Positions 18,024 through 28,333 of a stretch of 60,129 bases of DNA are shown piece after piece. Positions within the stretch are counted from its first letter, which is position 1; each line of letters opens with the position of its first letter. The stretch spans positions 1-60,129 of IMG/VR virus record IMGVR_UViG_3300012346_000165; one strand, written 5' to 3'. Source of the stretch: a virus (taxonomy: Duplodnaviria > Caudoviricetes). The position numbers and the translations under genes were made by a program. Under the pieces are notes generated by a model. It searched no databases and was not told where the DNA came from. It worked only from the letters and a program-made list of their open reading frames with translations.

Positions 18024-18706
18024 TGAGAGTCTCACTGAATACTAAGCAATTAGAAAAACAACTATTTAATATAACAGAGTACTCTCTTGGATTTATCGAA
18101 GGTACAAGTAGAGGCAAAAAGATATTCCTTGATAATCTTGGTAGAGGTATTATTGATGCACTAGGAATGTATATAGACGCTAATGCAAGAATGAATAAGG
18201 ATGCTCTTCACCATGTTTATGAGTGGTATCAGGCAGGAAGTCCTGATGCTAGATTATTTAATTTAAAATATACAGTAAGCAACTTAGGTCTTTCATTTAA
18301 CTCAACATTTTCTCAGTCAAGAAGTGTTTCAAATAATTCATATGAGCCATTTTATAACAAGGCAAAGATTATGGAAAATGGTATTCCAATTAAAATTGAT
18401 CCAAGCCCAAATGGTGTCCTTGCATTTGAAGATAATGGCCAAATGATTTATACACGAAAAGGCATAGACATTCAGAGTCCAGGCGGACCAGCTGTTGCTG
18501 GATCTTACGAGAGGGTATTCGATCAGTTCTTTGGTAGATACTTCACTCAGTCATTTTTGAGAGCATCTGGCCTATTTGACTATATTGAGAACCCAACGGT
18601 ATATAAAAAGAATTTTGCAGCAGGAGCAAGGCAAGGACGTTCACAAGGTATAAAAACAGGTTATACTTGGATTACTAACGCAAAGATAGGAGTAGATAAT
18701 GCCTAA
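18023..18706 (+). CDS. Putative neck / tail completion protein
   Basis: Synteny between stopper and tail terminator. Confidence 0.5.
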   Translation: MRVSLNTKQLEKQLFNITEYSLGFIEGTSRGKKIFLDNLGRGIIDALGMYIDANARMNKDALHHVYEWYQAGSPDARLFNLKYTVSNLGLSFNSTFSQSRSVSNNSYEPFYNKAKIMENGIPIKIDPSPNGVLAFEDNGQMIYTRKGIDIQSPGGPAVAGSYERVFDQFFGRYFTQSFLRASGLFDYIENPTVYKKNFAAGARQGRSQGIKTGYTWITNAKIGVDNA

Positions 18707-19256
18707 AGCACTACATTTACCATACCCACCAAGATGGCTCAACGCATACGTATTTGACAAGCTGTCTGAATATGAAGACATTGGGGTAAGTGCTACACAA
18801 CAGGTAACACCTATTTTTGCGACCAGCCCTACAAATACAGAAGACATTTATAAGCAGGTAGTTGAAGCAACGAATATCTCACAACCCCTAATCATCCAAT
18901 ATGACAGATTAATGAGATTTAGACCAACACCATTCTACCCACACAAGAGAGAACAGCTACTATACTACTTGTACAGCACAGACATAAATAACGTAAATAA
19001 CGCAAATATCGTAATCTCACAACTATTAGACAGAGAAGACGCTGCTGCCCAGGATGTAAACGCTTGGGCAGTCAGCAACCCTCAGTTCCACAATGGTCAG
19101 GAAATTCCATATAACGTATATTTCCACAATATTAAGGTTTATCAAGCAGATGAGGCTAGAGATGTTCTCGAATTGGCCTCTGCTAGAACGATTTTTGTCA
19201 ATAAGTTGATCATCGAGTATGACTACCATGCCCAAGATGGTCAAACCTTCAGATAA
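18699..19256 (+). CDS. Putative tail terminator protein
   Basis: Synteny immediately before the major tail gene. Confidence 0.5.
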   Translation: MPKALHLPYPPRWLNAYVFDKLSEYEDIGVSATQQVTPIFATSPTNTEDIYKQVVEATNISQPLIIQYDRLMRFRPTPFYPHKREQLLYYLYSTDINNVNNANIVISQLLDREDAAAQDVNAWAVSNPQFHNGQEIPYNVYFHNIKVYQADEARDVLELASARTIFVNKLIIEYDYHAQDGQTFR

Positions 19257-19266
19257 CTAAAAAGGC

Positions 19267-19275
19267 TGTTATACT
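19267..19275 (+). promoter_or_regulatory. Extended -10 promoter for the major tail gene
   Basis: TGTTATACT in the intergenic gap. Confidence 0.6.
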
Positions 19276-19334
19276 TAACTAGAGGAAACACGCCAACAAC
19301 TTAATACATGCTTTAAAGAAAAAGAGGTGAAAAT

Positions 19335-19970
19335 ATGGCATACAGCCGTGGTAATTCAAATAATATCATCGTAGGTGCAGCATCGTTTTTCATTGCTGAC
19401 ACTACTCTTGATTCAACAACACTACCAGCTTTTGATTCAGCAGAGTCTTATCGTGAGACACTCTCTAACGAACTAGACTTCACAAACGTTGGTTATACAA
19501 TGAACGGTCTTGAAATCCAATTCCAACCAGACTTCGGAGAAGTCCAGGTAGATCAGATTCTCGACGTTGCTAAGCTTTTCAAGCAGGGAATGCAGGTTAA
19601 TCTTGCAACTGCTTTTGCGGAAGCAACACTTGAGAACCTTCTCGTTGCTCTAGCTTACAAGGATACACTCCTTACAGGCAGCAAGGGAACATCTGCAGGT
19701 CTTTCACTCGATCTCTCTTCAGGAGAGCTCGGTGAGTGTCCAGTAGAACGTGGTATCGTTGCAGTAGGACCAGGAACAGGAGATTGTGCAGCATCAGACA
19801 GCATTGAGCGTGTTTATGCAGCATATCGTGCACTCTCAATCGAGAATGTAACAGTTTCTGCTAAGCGTGATGAGGCTTCAATGTTTGAAGTTTCATTCCG
19901 TCTACTTCCAGAAGATACTTCAGGTTCTTACGGAAAGATCATTGATCGCACATTTACACCAGTATCATAA
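19335..19970 (+). CDS. Major tail tube protein
   Basis: NIIVGAA, VGYT..G.E....P, V.VDQ, AEATLENL, F.V.FRLLP motifs; GAGGTG SD; own terminator. Confidence 0.85.
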   Translation: MAYSRGNSNNIIVGAASFFIADTTLDSTTLPAFDSAESYRETLSNELDFTNVGYTMNGLEIQFQPDFGEVQVDQILDVAKLFKQGMQVNLATAFAEATLENLLVALAYKDTLLTGSKGTSAGLSLDLSSGELGECPVERGIVAVGPGTGDCAASDSIERVYAAYRALSIENVTVSAKRDEASMFEVSFRLLPEDTSGSYGKIIDRTFTPVS

Positions 19971-19980
19971 TATTGGTTAC

Positions 19981-20020
19981 AGCAAGGCCCATACTCAAAA
20001 GGTATGGGCTTTTGTTGTTT
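19981..20020 (+). terminator. Intrinsic terminator after the major tail gene
   Basis: GGCCCATACT-CAAAA-GGTATGGGCT followed by TTTGTTGTTT. Confidence 0.8.
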
Positions 20021-20023
20021 TTA

Positions 20024-20032
20024 TGCTAGAAT
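20024..20032 (+). promoter_or_regulatory. Extended -10 promoter, leaderless
   Basis: TGCTAGAAT 7 nt before ATG 20040. Confidence 0.6.
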
Positions 20033-20039
20033 AGATAAA

Positions 20040-20729
20040 ATGGCTAACGAGATATATAAAACATTTATTATTCACACTATTGATGATGAAGAGATTGAGC
20101 TATCCCCATTAAAAATAAAATATATGCGGGAATTTATGGAGGCATTCAAAGACCTCTCTAATACTACCAATGACGAAGAGGCTATCAGGGTTATTGCAGA
20201 ATGTGTAAGAATAGCAATGAAGCAGTTTAAGCCAGATCTATCAAAAAGAGTAGACCTTGTTGAGGATTCTTTTGACTTAAGAACCTTATACCTTGTTTTA
20301 GAGCATACGGCTGGAGTCAAGTTTGACAATAAAGAAGAAGGTCCAAAATCTAACGATCCAGACAAAGAGTCTAACTCCTGGGAAGATTTAGATCTTGTTA
20401 AGCTAGAGACAGAGGCATTTCTTTTGGGGCCATGGAAAAACTTTGAAGAGCTTGAAACATCTATATGTATGGCAGAATTAATAACCATTATTTCAACAAG
20501 CAGAGAGTTAGACTACGAAGAGAAGAAGTTCTTAGCTGCTATGCAGGGGGTAGACCTAGATAAAGAATCTGGAAAAGAAAAGGGTCAGAAAGAATGGGAA
20601 GACATGAAGGCTAGGGTATTTAGTGGTGGAACAGCAACTGATAGCAGAGACATCCTTGCACTACAGGGACAGAATGCAGTCAAGGCAGGATTTGGTATTG
20701 GCCTTGGACTTGAATACGAAAAGATTTAA
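20040..20729 (+). CDS. Long tail assembly chaperone (gpGT-like; start revised to MANEIY)
   Basis: Lies between major tail and tape measure genes; N-terminal ~95 aa homologous to 20781 ORF, followed by a W.NFEELE..I...EL extension. Confidence 0.7.
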   Translation: MANEIYKTFIIHTIDDEEIELSPLKIKYMREFMEAFKDLSNTTNDEEAIRVIAECVRIAMKQFKPDLSKRVDLVEDSFDLRTLYLVLEHTAGVKFDNKEEGPKSNDPDKESNSWEDLDLVKLETEAFLLGPWKNFEELETSICMAELITIISTSRELDYEEKKFLAAMQGVDLDKESGKEKGQKEWEDMKARVFSGGTATDSRDILALQGQNAVKAGFGIGLGLEYEKI

Positions 20730-20743
20730 AATCGCTGGTTCTA

Positions 20744-20752
20744 TGCTATAAT
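20744..20752 (+). promoter_or_regulatory. Extended -10 promoter
   Basis: TGCTATAAT, then AGGAGG SD and ATG 20781. Confidence 0.65.
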
Positions 20753-20780
20753 TGATTCTAACCTACATAGGAGGAATCAA

Positions 20781-21101
20781 ATGGCAACAACCGTACACGA
20801 AGCAAATACTATCGTGCTATTGGATGAAACAGAAATCAAACTACGTCCACTTAAAATCTCACTTCTTCGTGAGTTTATGGCTGAGTTTGCAAAGATTGAT
20901 GATGTCGCAGAAGACAACGACAAGTCAATGGATATTTTAATGAAGTGCGTTGAGATCGCAATGAAGCAATATGCTCCAAAGCTAGACGCAGAAGGTTTGG
21001 AAGAAATCTTAGATCTTCCAACTGTATACAAGATTGTTGAAGCAGCATCAGGAGTACAGCTCAATGAAGTTGCAGCTCTTATGGGCTCAACAATTAGATA
21101 A
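20781..21101 (+). CDS. Short tail assembly chaperone (gpG-like)
   Basis: Immediately before the tape measure gene; shares PLKI..REFM, CV.IAMKQ and DL.T.Y...E...GV with 20040. Confidence 0.72.
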   Translation: MATTVHEANTIVLLDETEIKLRPLKISLLREFMAEFAKIDDVAEDNDKSMDILMKCVEIAMKQYAPKLDAEGLEEILDLPTVYKIVEAASGVQLNEVAALMGSTIR

Positions 21102-21121
21102 TAAAATAAAGAGGTGATTGA

Positions 21122-24100
21122 GTGGCCGACGTAAATGCTAATATAGGCGTACAAATTGATACGTCTGATGCGTTGGCCCAACTCAAATCCCTACAAAGGC
21201 AATTAGCTCAGTTTCACACTTCAGTAGCTAAGTCCAGTGCAACAGCAGCAGCTGCACAAAAATCACTACAAAAGAACTTAATCGGAAGCATCAATTCTAT
21301 TGGTGCATTTTCTGCTGAGTTAAGAACAGTAAAGACAAGTGCTGAATCATTTACTAATTCTCTTGAGAAGAACAAGTTCTCAATGCGAGAATACTTCCGT
21401 TATGCGGGGGCATCTACAAAAACATTCGGCAAGCTATTTACAGCTGAGCTAGACACAATTAGCAAGGTAGCTGAAGACCGTGTTAAGAAGCTTCAGACAC
21501 AATATATCAAGCTTGGTCGTGACAGTCAAGGAGCAATGAAGGCTATTGCTGTCATGCCAAACCAACTAGACTTCTCTAAGACATCTACACAGCTTCAGAT
21601 GGCTGCACAAAAACAAGCAATCTTTAACCAGCTTCTCAAGCAAGGCTCTACAAACCTTCTTAACTTTGGTAAGAATACACAGTGGGCTGGTCGCCAGCTT
21701 ATGGTTGGTTTTACAGTTCCACTAGGTATTTTGGGAATGAAAGCTTCTCAAACATTTATGGACATGGAGAAAGCTGCTCTTAAGTTTAAGAAGGTTTATG
21801 GCGATCTTCTTACATCACCAGAAGAAACAAAAGCTGCACTTGATGGTATCACAGAGCTTGGAAAGCAGTATACAAAGTATGGTGTTGCAGTTGCAGATAC
21901 CGTTGCTCTTTCTGCAGAAGCTGCAGCAGCTGGCTTCCAGGGACTAGATCTACAAAGACAGACTGCACAAGCAACACGACTCTCAGTACTTGGACAGATT
22001 GAGGCACAACAAGCTCTTGAAACAACTATTGCACTTCAAAATGCATTTAAAATGTCTTCAGAAGATTTGGCGGGATCAATTGACTTCCTTAACGCAGTAG
22101 AAAACCAAACAGTTACATCTCTTGATGATATTACAACTGCTATTCCAAAAGTAGCTCCAGTAATTCAACAACTTGGGGGAGATGTAAAAGACTTAGCCTT
22201 CTTCATTACAGCAATGAAGGAAGGTGGAATTAATGCATCAGAAGGTGCAAACGCACTCAAGTCAGGACTTGCAGCATTAATTAATCCAACAAATAAAGCC
22301 AAGGCAATGCTTGCAGATCTTGGAATTAATATTACTCAAATCGTCGAGGGTAATAAGGGTGATCTAAAAGCAACAGTAGTAGGATTTGCTAAAGCATTAG
22401 ATACTCTAGATCCACTTGCTAGAGCAAGAGCAATTGAGCAAATGTTTGGTAAGTTCCAGTTTGCGAGACTATCAACATTATTTCAAAACGTAACAAAAGA
22501 TGGAACTCAGGCTAGTAGAGTCCTTGGATTAGCAGGAAGTTCAATTGAAGATCTTGCATCTCTAGCAGATAAAGAACTTGGAATGACAGCTGCTTCACCA
22601 ATGAATCAGTTTAAGAAAGCCGTAGAAGACCTAAAGCTAGCACTGGTACCAGTTGGAGAAACATTCCTTAAGACGGTAACACCAATTATTGAGTTCTTCG
22701 GTAATCTTCTTAGTAAGTTTAATAGCCTTTCAGATAACACTAAGAAAGTTATTACAATAATAACAGTAGCTCTAGCTGGTGTTGGCCCAGTTCTTCTTAT
22801 GACATTTGGTTTGCTTGCTAATGGTGTTGCCAATATAATTAAACTTTTTGCAACATTGCGTACTGGTTATTTAAAGTTAACTGGTCAGTCTACCGTTCTT
22901 GGTGAGCAAACTCAGTATATGACAACAGAGCAGTTAGAAGCTGCTGCTGCTGCACACTCACTAAATCAGTCACATGCAACACTAAAGCAAACATTTGATG
23001 TTGAAAGAGTATCTTTAGAAAAACTTATTGGAGCTTACTCAGCTGCAGCAAGAGCAGCATCTTCATTTGCTGCAGCTAACCCAGGAGCTATGCTTCCAAT
23101 CCCTGGAGGGAAGAAGTCTAAGAAGTATGCTAATGGTAAGCCATATGTAGTTGGTGGAAGTGGAAATCAAGACTCAGAACCAGCAATGCTTGCACCAGGT
23201 GAAACAGTAATTCCTGCAGATATGTCAAAGAAGTATGGCGGACTTATTAATGGAATGATTGCTGGCAATATTCCAGGGTATAGAAAAGGCAGAGGTGGCG
23301 AAGGAGATTTTGCACATATAACATCAAGAAAAGATACTACTTTAGGATCTATCTTAGCAGAATTAGAATCGTTGCCAGATGATGTTAAAAAAGCAAGACG
23401 TGGATTAATTGACACAATGACAGATCTCGTGGATACTTTTGGAAAAGGTGTTAAAGCATTTAAATACTCAGGGCTTGGATTTACACAAAGCAAGAACTTA
23501 AATATTGGAATGGCAAATGGTGGTGCAGTTTCTAGCCAAGATTTCCTAAAAGATTTCTCATCACGTGGAATTTCTAAGTGGGAAGACTCCATGTCATATG
23601 CTGGTATTGCTATGGATGATGTAGCAAATGATCTAAGAGATTATGACTCTAATATTGTAAAGCTTACAAAAGAATTTGCTCAAAATAATAAAACAATTAC
23701 TTCTACTGATTTTGAGGGAATTGAGAGAGAAGCAAGACTACTAATACCAGCACAGTCTAAATTAAGAAAAGCCCTTGATGACGCAGCTGCTATGGTTACA
23801 GAGTATAGATATAACCTTAATCAGTCTCATGTGGCAGCTGCAGGAAAAACTGCTGAATCAGTTGCAAGTAGAAAAGATCCATCAAAAAAATCTAAGAAAA
23901 AAGTAGTGACCACTAATGCTGGAAGAAAAGCTAGGTTGGGTGGGGATCATGTATTCATCACTGTTCCTGGAGCATTTGAATCTGATAGTACTTCAGCTAA
24001 GGCCAAGAAGGATGCAAAAGAATATAAGAAGGCTTTTGAGGATACTACAGAAGATCCTTACATGATTTCACGTGATAGAAATAGTCCGCACACACAGGTC

Positions 24101-27100
24101 ACACCAGATGCAAAAGATGATGCAATTGCATACAATAAAGAATTTAAAAAACAATCATCTAAGGCAAGAGCTTCATATAGAGCACAGGGCCCAGCTCCAA
24201 TTGGAACAGAAGCTCCAGCAGGAGCAACAATGCTTAATATTGTCTCTAAGCCAACTAAAAAAGATTTAAGAAAAACTGCAGTTAGAAATAAATTTAGATC
24301 TATAAAGGGAAGAGTTGCATCAGGAGCAAGCATGCTCGGTGGAGCTAGAGGTATGGGTGTCTCGACTGGACTAATGATGGCCTCTCAGTTCATGCCAGGA
24401 AAAGCTGGAGAAGTCGCTGGTCAAATATCTTCTCTTGGATTTGCTGCTCAAGCAGGATTCCAAGCCTTAAAACTTCTTCCAGGACCAGCAAAGATTGCAG
24501 CTGTTGGATTTTTAGGAATAGTCGGAGCAGTCAAGCTTGGTCAGATGGCTATGGAAAAACATAGACTTAGCATTGAAGGTCTGGGAGATGTTGCAGTAGT
24601 TACAAAAGATAAGCTGAAGACTCTAGGAGATTTCTTTGGAGTAGCTCCAAAAAGTTTGCCTTATGAGTCTGCAAGTAAGGGTAAGCAGCTTGCTGTTGGT
24701 GGTAAAGAGAGAAGTCAAATTGATGAGCTAAAGGCAACAGAGGGGTTCCAAAAAGATTTTGCTAACGATATTAAGGCTTTAAGAACAGCAGCATCAACAG
24801 ATGCTGAGATGGCTTTAAATTCTCTTGCTATACAGTTAAAGGGTCGTGGATTTGCAAGCGAACAGATCAAAACAATTGTTAAAGCATTGCAAGAAGAAGC
24901 AGGAAGAACAGATTTAAAATTAGACTTTAAAGACATAGGGCTTTCAACAGATGAGTCTATTAATCAGCAGACAAAAATAATTACACAAAAGGTAAGCCAA
25001 GCCTTTGCAGGAATGAATCTTTCAACACACTTCAACGGATATCTAATGAACTTGGCTGAAAATGCAAATGGAACTAGCAAAGCGGTTAGTGACGAACAGA
25101 AGAAAATCTTAGATGCAACATCAAAATCAATGTTTGGTATAGTCCAAGGTATGGTTGGGCAGTTCCAAAACGGAGAGATATCAGCTACACAGTTTAATGC
25201 ACAGTTTGACATTTTATCTAATAATATTAAATCTTTGCCAACTGGAACTGCTAAGACATTAATAGATAATATGATGAATAATATAAGCAAAGATGCAGCT
25301 AAAGCTTCCAGTGGAGTTAAAGATGTAAACGATAAGCTTAAGCTCATGCTTGCAATATCTTCTGGCATTATCAATCTAACAGATAATAAAGATATGATTG
25401 ATTCGCTAGCTGGAAAAAATGGAACATGGTCAATGTATCAAGCAAGAAGAGCGCTAACATACGAAATTGATCAATTTTATGCAGCAATAGATCTTGCAAA
25501 CAAAAAGGGTACAGATGAAACAGTTAAAGGCATTACAACTAGCGCAAAAGCAATTGAAGAGGCCTGGAGCCTTATCGGACAACTTCGAAAAGATAGAAAT
25601 GAAATTAAGTATAGAGTTGAAGCATTTAAAAAACTAAAAGAGGCAGGAATAGATGTTGCAACTGCAATGGACCTTGTTTCTGATTCAAATATTGCAAAAG
25701 CAATTTCAGAAGGCGAAGTTACAAAAGAAATTAAGCAACAAATTAAATGGTACCAAACTAGAGTTGAGCAAGAAAAGGCCAACGCTAAAGAGGTTGAAGA
25801 TTATAATAAGGCTAAAGAAGAAGCTCTAAAATCATATGGAGAAAAACTTCAAGATGTTTTAGCAAAGGAAGAAGCACGTTTTAACTTAGAAGAAGCAATA
25901 GCAAGATCTAAATACACAAAAAATATTGAAGAGACAAGCGAAAAGTTAAGAGATCAGCAATACGAGCTTGAACTTGTAAATCGTAAAATTAAGGAACAAG
26001 ATGATGCTATGAAGGCTTTGGTTGATCCAAAAGAAAAACGTATTGACGATATTAGCTATATGCTTGAAGGCATATCATTTAAAGAAGATGCTATTAATCA
26101 AAAATACGATAAGCAGTCTAAGCTTCTTTCAACAATTACTAAAATGAACCAAGATCTATATAGTATTCAAAAGAAGCGTGTTTCACTTGCCGATGCATTG
26201 TCTTCTGGAGATATTTCAGCTGCAGCTTCTATAATTATGGATATGAGAGCTGAAGAAGCCTCTATGCAAGCATCTAACCAGCAGGATGTTTTGGATGCTG
26301 CTAAAGAACAAGAACTGAGTGCTCTTGGAAGAATACAGCTTGAAAAAGAAAGTAAAAGACTTCAGTATGAAATTTTGACAATTCAACGCAACCAATCAAC
26401 AGCTTTGCAAGATCAAGCCGACAAGGTTCAAAAGGTAGTTGATAAATTAACTAATGAATTAGCAGACTACGAAGAGAAGGCTGCTGATGCAGTTTGGGCA
26501 GTAAGTCAAAGACTTTCTACTGCTTTTGGTCGTACAAAGGGAGAAATTCAAAGTGCGATGAGCATGATCGATCTTGCTAATGCAGCAGGATTTGATATTA
26601 ATAGTGAAACACTAATAACAAATATTATGTCAGCTGCTCTTGGTGATGCAGAAAAACTAAAGGCAGTACTAAAAGAAATTAGTGGAATTGATACAACTAC
26701 TCCTACGGTGCCAGCACCAACAACAGGTGGAACACAAAAGACATCTGCAGAGCTACAGGCAGATGTAGATAAGGCAACAAAAGCACTAGAAGCTGCACAA
26801 AAGGCACAGGTCGAGGCACTTCTTGATTACAATAGATGGTTAGCAATGAAGAAGGATATGCCATACTCAATGGTTCCAGATATGACATATCCAAATGCAG
26901 AAAAAAATCTTGAGGCTTCAAAGGATGCAATCGCTGCAGCAAAGATAGCTCTTGAAGCAGCAAAAACTGCTCTTGCATCAGCAAAGGCTCCAGCGACAGG
27001 CGCAACACCTTCTACAGGCACAACACCTACTACAGGCACAACACCTACTACTCCAGCTGCCCCAGTCTATGGAGTTTACAATGAAACTATTGGTGGTGTA

Positions 27101-27688
27101 CTTGGAGATCCTAGTAAGGACCATGGCTCTCTAGCTGGCATTGTTACTGGAAGAGATGGCAAGATGTATAATTCTTGGACAGACGGTACTTGGACTCCGT
27201 ATGTTGCTCCATCAACAAGTGCTGCATCAACATCTACTACAAATGCTAGCACTGGATCAACAACAAATACCTCAACCACTGATCTTGCAGGATCTCTTAG
27301 TGGATTAAATATATTTGGAACTGACTTTAGTTCGGGAATTTTTGCATCAGACTTTAATTGGTCTGATTGGACTGCAAGCCTAGGGTTTAGTTCTGGCGGG
27401 CTTGTGCCTAAATATTTGGCAAAGGGTGGCTTTAGTCGTGGAACAGATACAGTTCCAGCAATGCTAACACCTGGAGAGTTTGTTGTAAATAGAAGAGCTG
27501 CTGCAGGCCTTGGTGTAAATAATCTTAATGCAATGAATAATGGACAATTACCAGCTGGCTCAGTGTATAATTATAAGGTAGATGTCACACTCAATGGTTC
27601 TGACATGAATCCAAACGATGTTGCTAATGCTGTTCTTACAAAGATTAAGCAGCTTGAATCACGCAACATCAGAAGGCAGGGTATTTAA
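21122..27688 (+). CDS. Tape measure protein
   Basis: 2188 aa, Ala-rich helical, TP901-type core (ALKSGLAALINPT), hydrophobic segments, coiled coils, C-terminal GTDTVPAMLTPGEFVV. Confidence 0.93.
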   Translation: MADVNANIGVQIDTSDALAQLKSLQRQLAQFHTSVAKSSATAAAAQKSLQKNLIGSINSIGAFSAELRTVKTSAESFTNSLEKNKFSMREYFRYAGASTKTFGKLFTAELDTISKVAEDRVKKLQTQYIKLGRDSQGAMKAIAVMPNQLDFSKTSTQLQMAAQKQAIFNQLLKQGSTNLLNFGKNTQWAGRQLMVGFTVPLGILGMKASQTFMDMEKAALKFKKVYGDLLTSPEETKAALDGITELGKQYTKYGVAVADTVALSAEAAAAGFQGLDLQRQTAQATRLSVLGQIEAQQALETTIALQNAFKMSSEDLAGSIDFLNAVENQTVTSLDDITTAIPKVAPVIQQLGGDVKDLAFFITAMKEGGINASEGANALKSGLAALINPTNKAKAMLADLGINITQIVEGNKGDLKATVVGFAKALDTLDPLARARAIEQMFGKFQFARLSTLFQNVTKDGTQASRVLGLAGSSIEDLASLADKELGMTAASPMNQFKKAVEDLKLALVPVGETFLKTVTPIIEFFGNLLSKFNSLSDNTKKVITIITVALAGVGPVLLMTFGLLANGVANIIKLFATLRTGYLKLTGQSTVLGEQTQYMTTEQLEAAAAAHSLNQSHATLKQTFDVERVSLEKLIGAYSAAARAASSFAAANPGAMLPIPGGKKSKKYANGKPYVVGGSGNQDSEPAMLAPGETVIPADMSKKYGGLINGMIAGNIPGYRKGRGGEGDFAHITSRKDTTLGSILAELESLPDDVKKARRGLIDTMTDLVDTFGKGVKAFKYSGLGFTQSKNLNIGMANGGAVSSQDFLKDFSSRGISKWEDSMSYAGIAMDDVANDLRDYDSNIVKLTKEFAQNNKTITSTDFEGIEREARLLIPAQSKLRKALDDAAAMVTEYRYNLNQSHVAAAGKTAESVASRKDPSKKSKKKVVTTNAGRKARLGGDHVFITVPGAFESDSTSAKAKKDAKEYKKAFEDTTEDPYMISRDRNSPHTQVTPDAKDDAIAYNKEFKKQSSKARASYRAQGPAPIGTEAPAGATMLNIVSKPTKKDLRKTAVRNKFRSIKGRVASGASMLGGARGMGVSTGLMMASQFMPGKAGEVAGQISSLGFAAQAGFQALKLLPGPAKIAAVGFLGIVGAVKLGQMAMEKHRLSIEGLGDVAVVTKDKLKTLGDFFGVAPKSLPYESASKGKQLAVGGKERSQIDELKATEGFQKDFANDIKALRTAASTDAEMALNSLAIQLKGRGFASEQIKTIVKALQEEAGRTDLKLDFKDIGLSTDESINQQTKIITQKVSQAFAGMNLSTHFNGYLMNLAENANGTSKAVSDEQKKILDATSKSMFGIVQGMVGQFQNGEISATQFNAQFDILSNNIKSLPTGTAKTLIDNMMNNISKDAAKASSGVKDVNDKLKLMLAISSGIINLTDNKDMIDSLAGKNGTWSMYQARRALTYEIDQFYAAIDLANKKGTDETVKGITTSAKAIEEAWSLIGQLRKDRNEIKYRVEAFKKLKEAGIDVATAMDLVSDSNIAKAISEGEVTKEIKQQIKWYQTRVEQEKANAKEVEDYNKAKEEALKSYGEKLQDVLAKEEARFNLEEAIARSKYTKNIEETSEKLRDQQYELELVNRKIKEQDDAMKALVDPKEKRIDDISYMLEGISFKEDAINQKYDKQSKLLSTITKMNQDLYSIQKKRVSLADALSSGDISAAASIIMDMRAEEASMQASNQQDVLDAAKEQELSALGRIQLEKESKRLQYEILTIQRNQSTALQDQADKVQKVVDKLTNELADYEEKAADAVWAVSQRLSTAFGRTKGEIQSAMSMIDLANAAGFDINSETLITNIMSAALGDAEKLKAVLKEISGIDTTTPTVPAPTTGGTQKTSAELQADVDKATKALEAAQKAQVEALLDYNRWLAMKKDMPYSMVPDMTYPNAEKNLEASKDAIAAAKIALEAAKTALASAKAPATGATPSTGTTPTTGTTPTTPAAPVYGVYNETIGGVLGDPSKDHGSLAGIVTGRDGKMYNSWTDGTWTPYVAPSTSAASTSTTNASTGSTTNTSTTDLAGSLSGLNIFGTDFSSGIFASDFNWSDWTASLGFSSGGLVPKYLAKGGFSRGTDTVPAMLTPGEFVVNRRAAAGLGVNNLNAMNNGQLPAGSVYNYKVDVTLNGSDMNPNDVANAVLTKIKQLESRNIRRQGI
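26996..27049 (+). repeat. Three 18-nt tandem repeats in the tape measure gene (TGATPS/TGTTPT/TGTTPT)
   Basis: acaggcgcaacaccttct acaggcacaacacctact acaggcacaacacctact. Confidence 0.9.
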
Positions 27689-28332
27689 TGGCTTCCTCGT
27701 CATATATGGCAGGTAGAAAAAAATGGTTCAGACCACAAGCAATGCTATGGTCAGATACACAAGCTGTCCTAGTTGATGGAAAATATATACCATTGGGGAT
27801 TGAAGAGTATTCAGATATGTCTTCTATTCAGTCATCCAATAGATTTTTAATATTATCAGACCATAACAGATCTGACATCTCTGTAAGCCCTGAAAGAATT
27901 GAAAATAGCAAAAGAATGGTAAACGGCACAATGAGGTCATACCATACAGCTGACAAGCTTAAGCTGTCAACATCTTGGAGTCTGTTGCCATCTAGAGCAT
28001 TCGATCTAAGAGCAGATTTTAATCAGAGTACTGGAATTTCAGATATAACTGGACAAAATAGAAAATATACTGTAGATGGTGGAGCAGGGGCATCTGAGAT
28101 AGTAAAGTGGTATGAAGACCATGTTGGACCATTTTGGGTATTCCTTTCATACGATAAATATACAAACTTTGGATCTGATGATGCAGCACACGGACACTTG
28201 GCGGAATATTCAGAAGCTATACTAATGAAAATATCTAATATTGACTATAATATTGTCAAGAGAAGCGGATCAAACTCTACATTTAGTGGGCATGATCTTT
28301 GGAATATAAGCGTATCGCTGGAAGAGGTGTAA
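27688..28332 (+). CDS. Distal tail protein-like
   Basis: Directly after TMP; RMVNGTMRSYH..DK...S.SW..LPS, WNISVSLEEV. Confidence 0.6.
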   Translation: MASSSYMAGRKKWFRPQAMLWSDTQAVLVDGKYIPLGIEEYSDMSSIQSSNRFLILSDHNRSDISVSPERIENSKRMVNGTMRSYHTADKLKLSTSWSLLPSRAFDLRADFNQSTGISDITGQNRKYTVDGGAGASEIVKWYEDHVGPFWVFLSYDKYTNFGSDDAAHGHLAEYSEAILMKISNIDYNIVKRSGSNSTFSGHDLWNISVSLEEV

Positions 28333-28333
28333 T

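Noticed and set aside
20300-21121. Programmed -1 frameshift in the tail chaperone region
   Set aside because: No convincing slippery heptamer near either stop and no overlapping downstream frame before the TMP start
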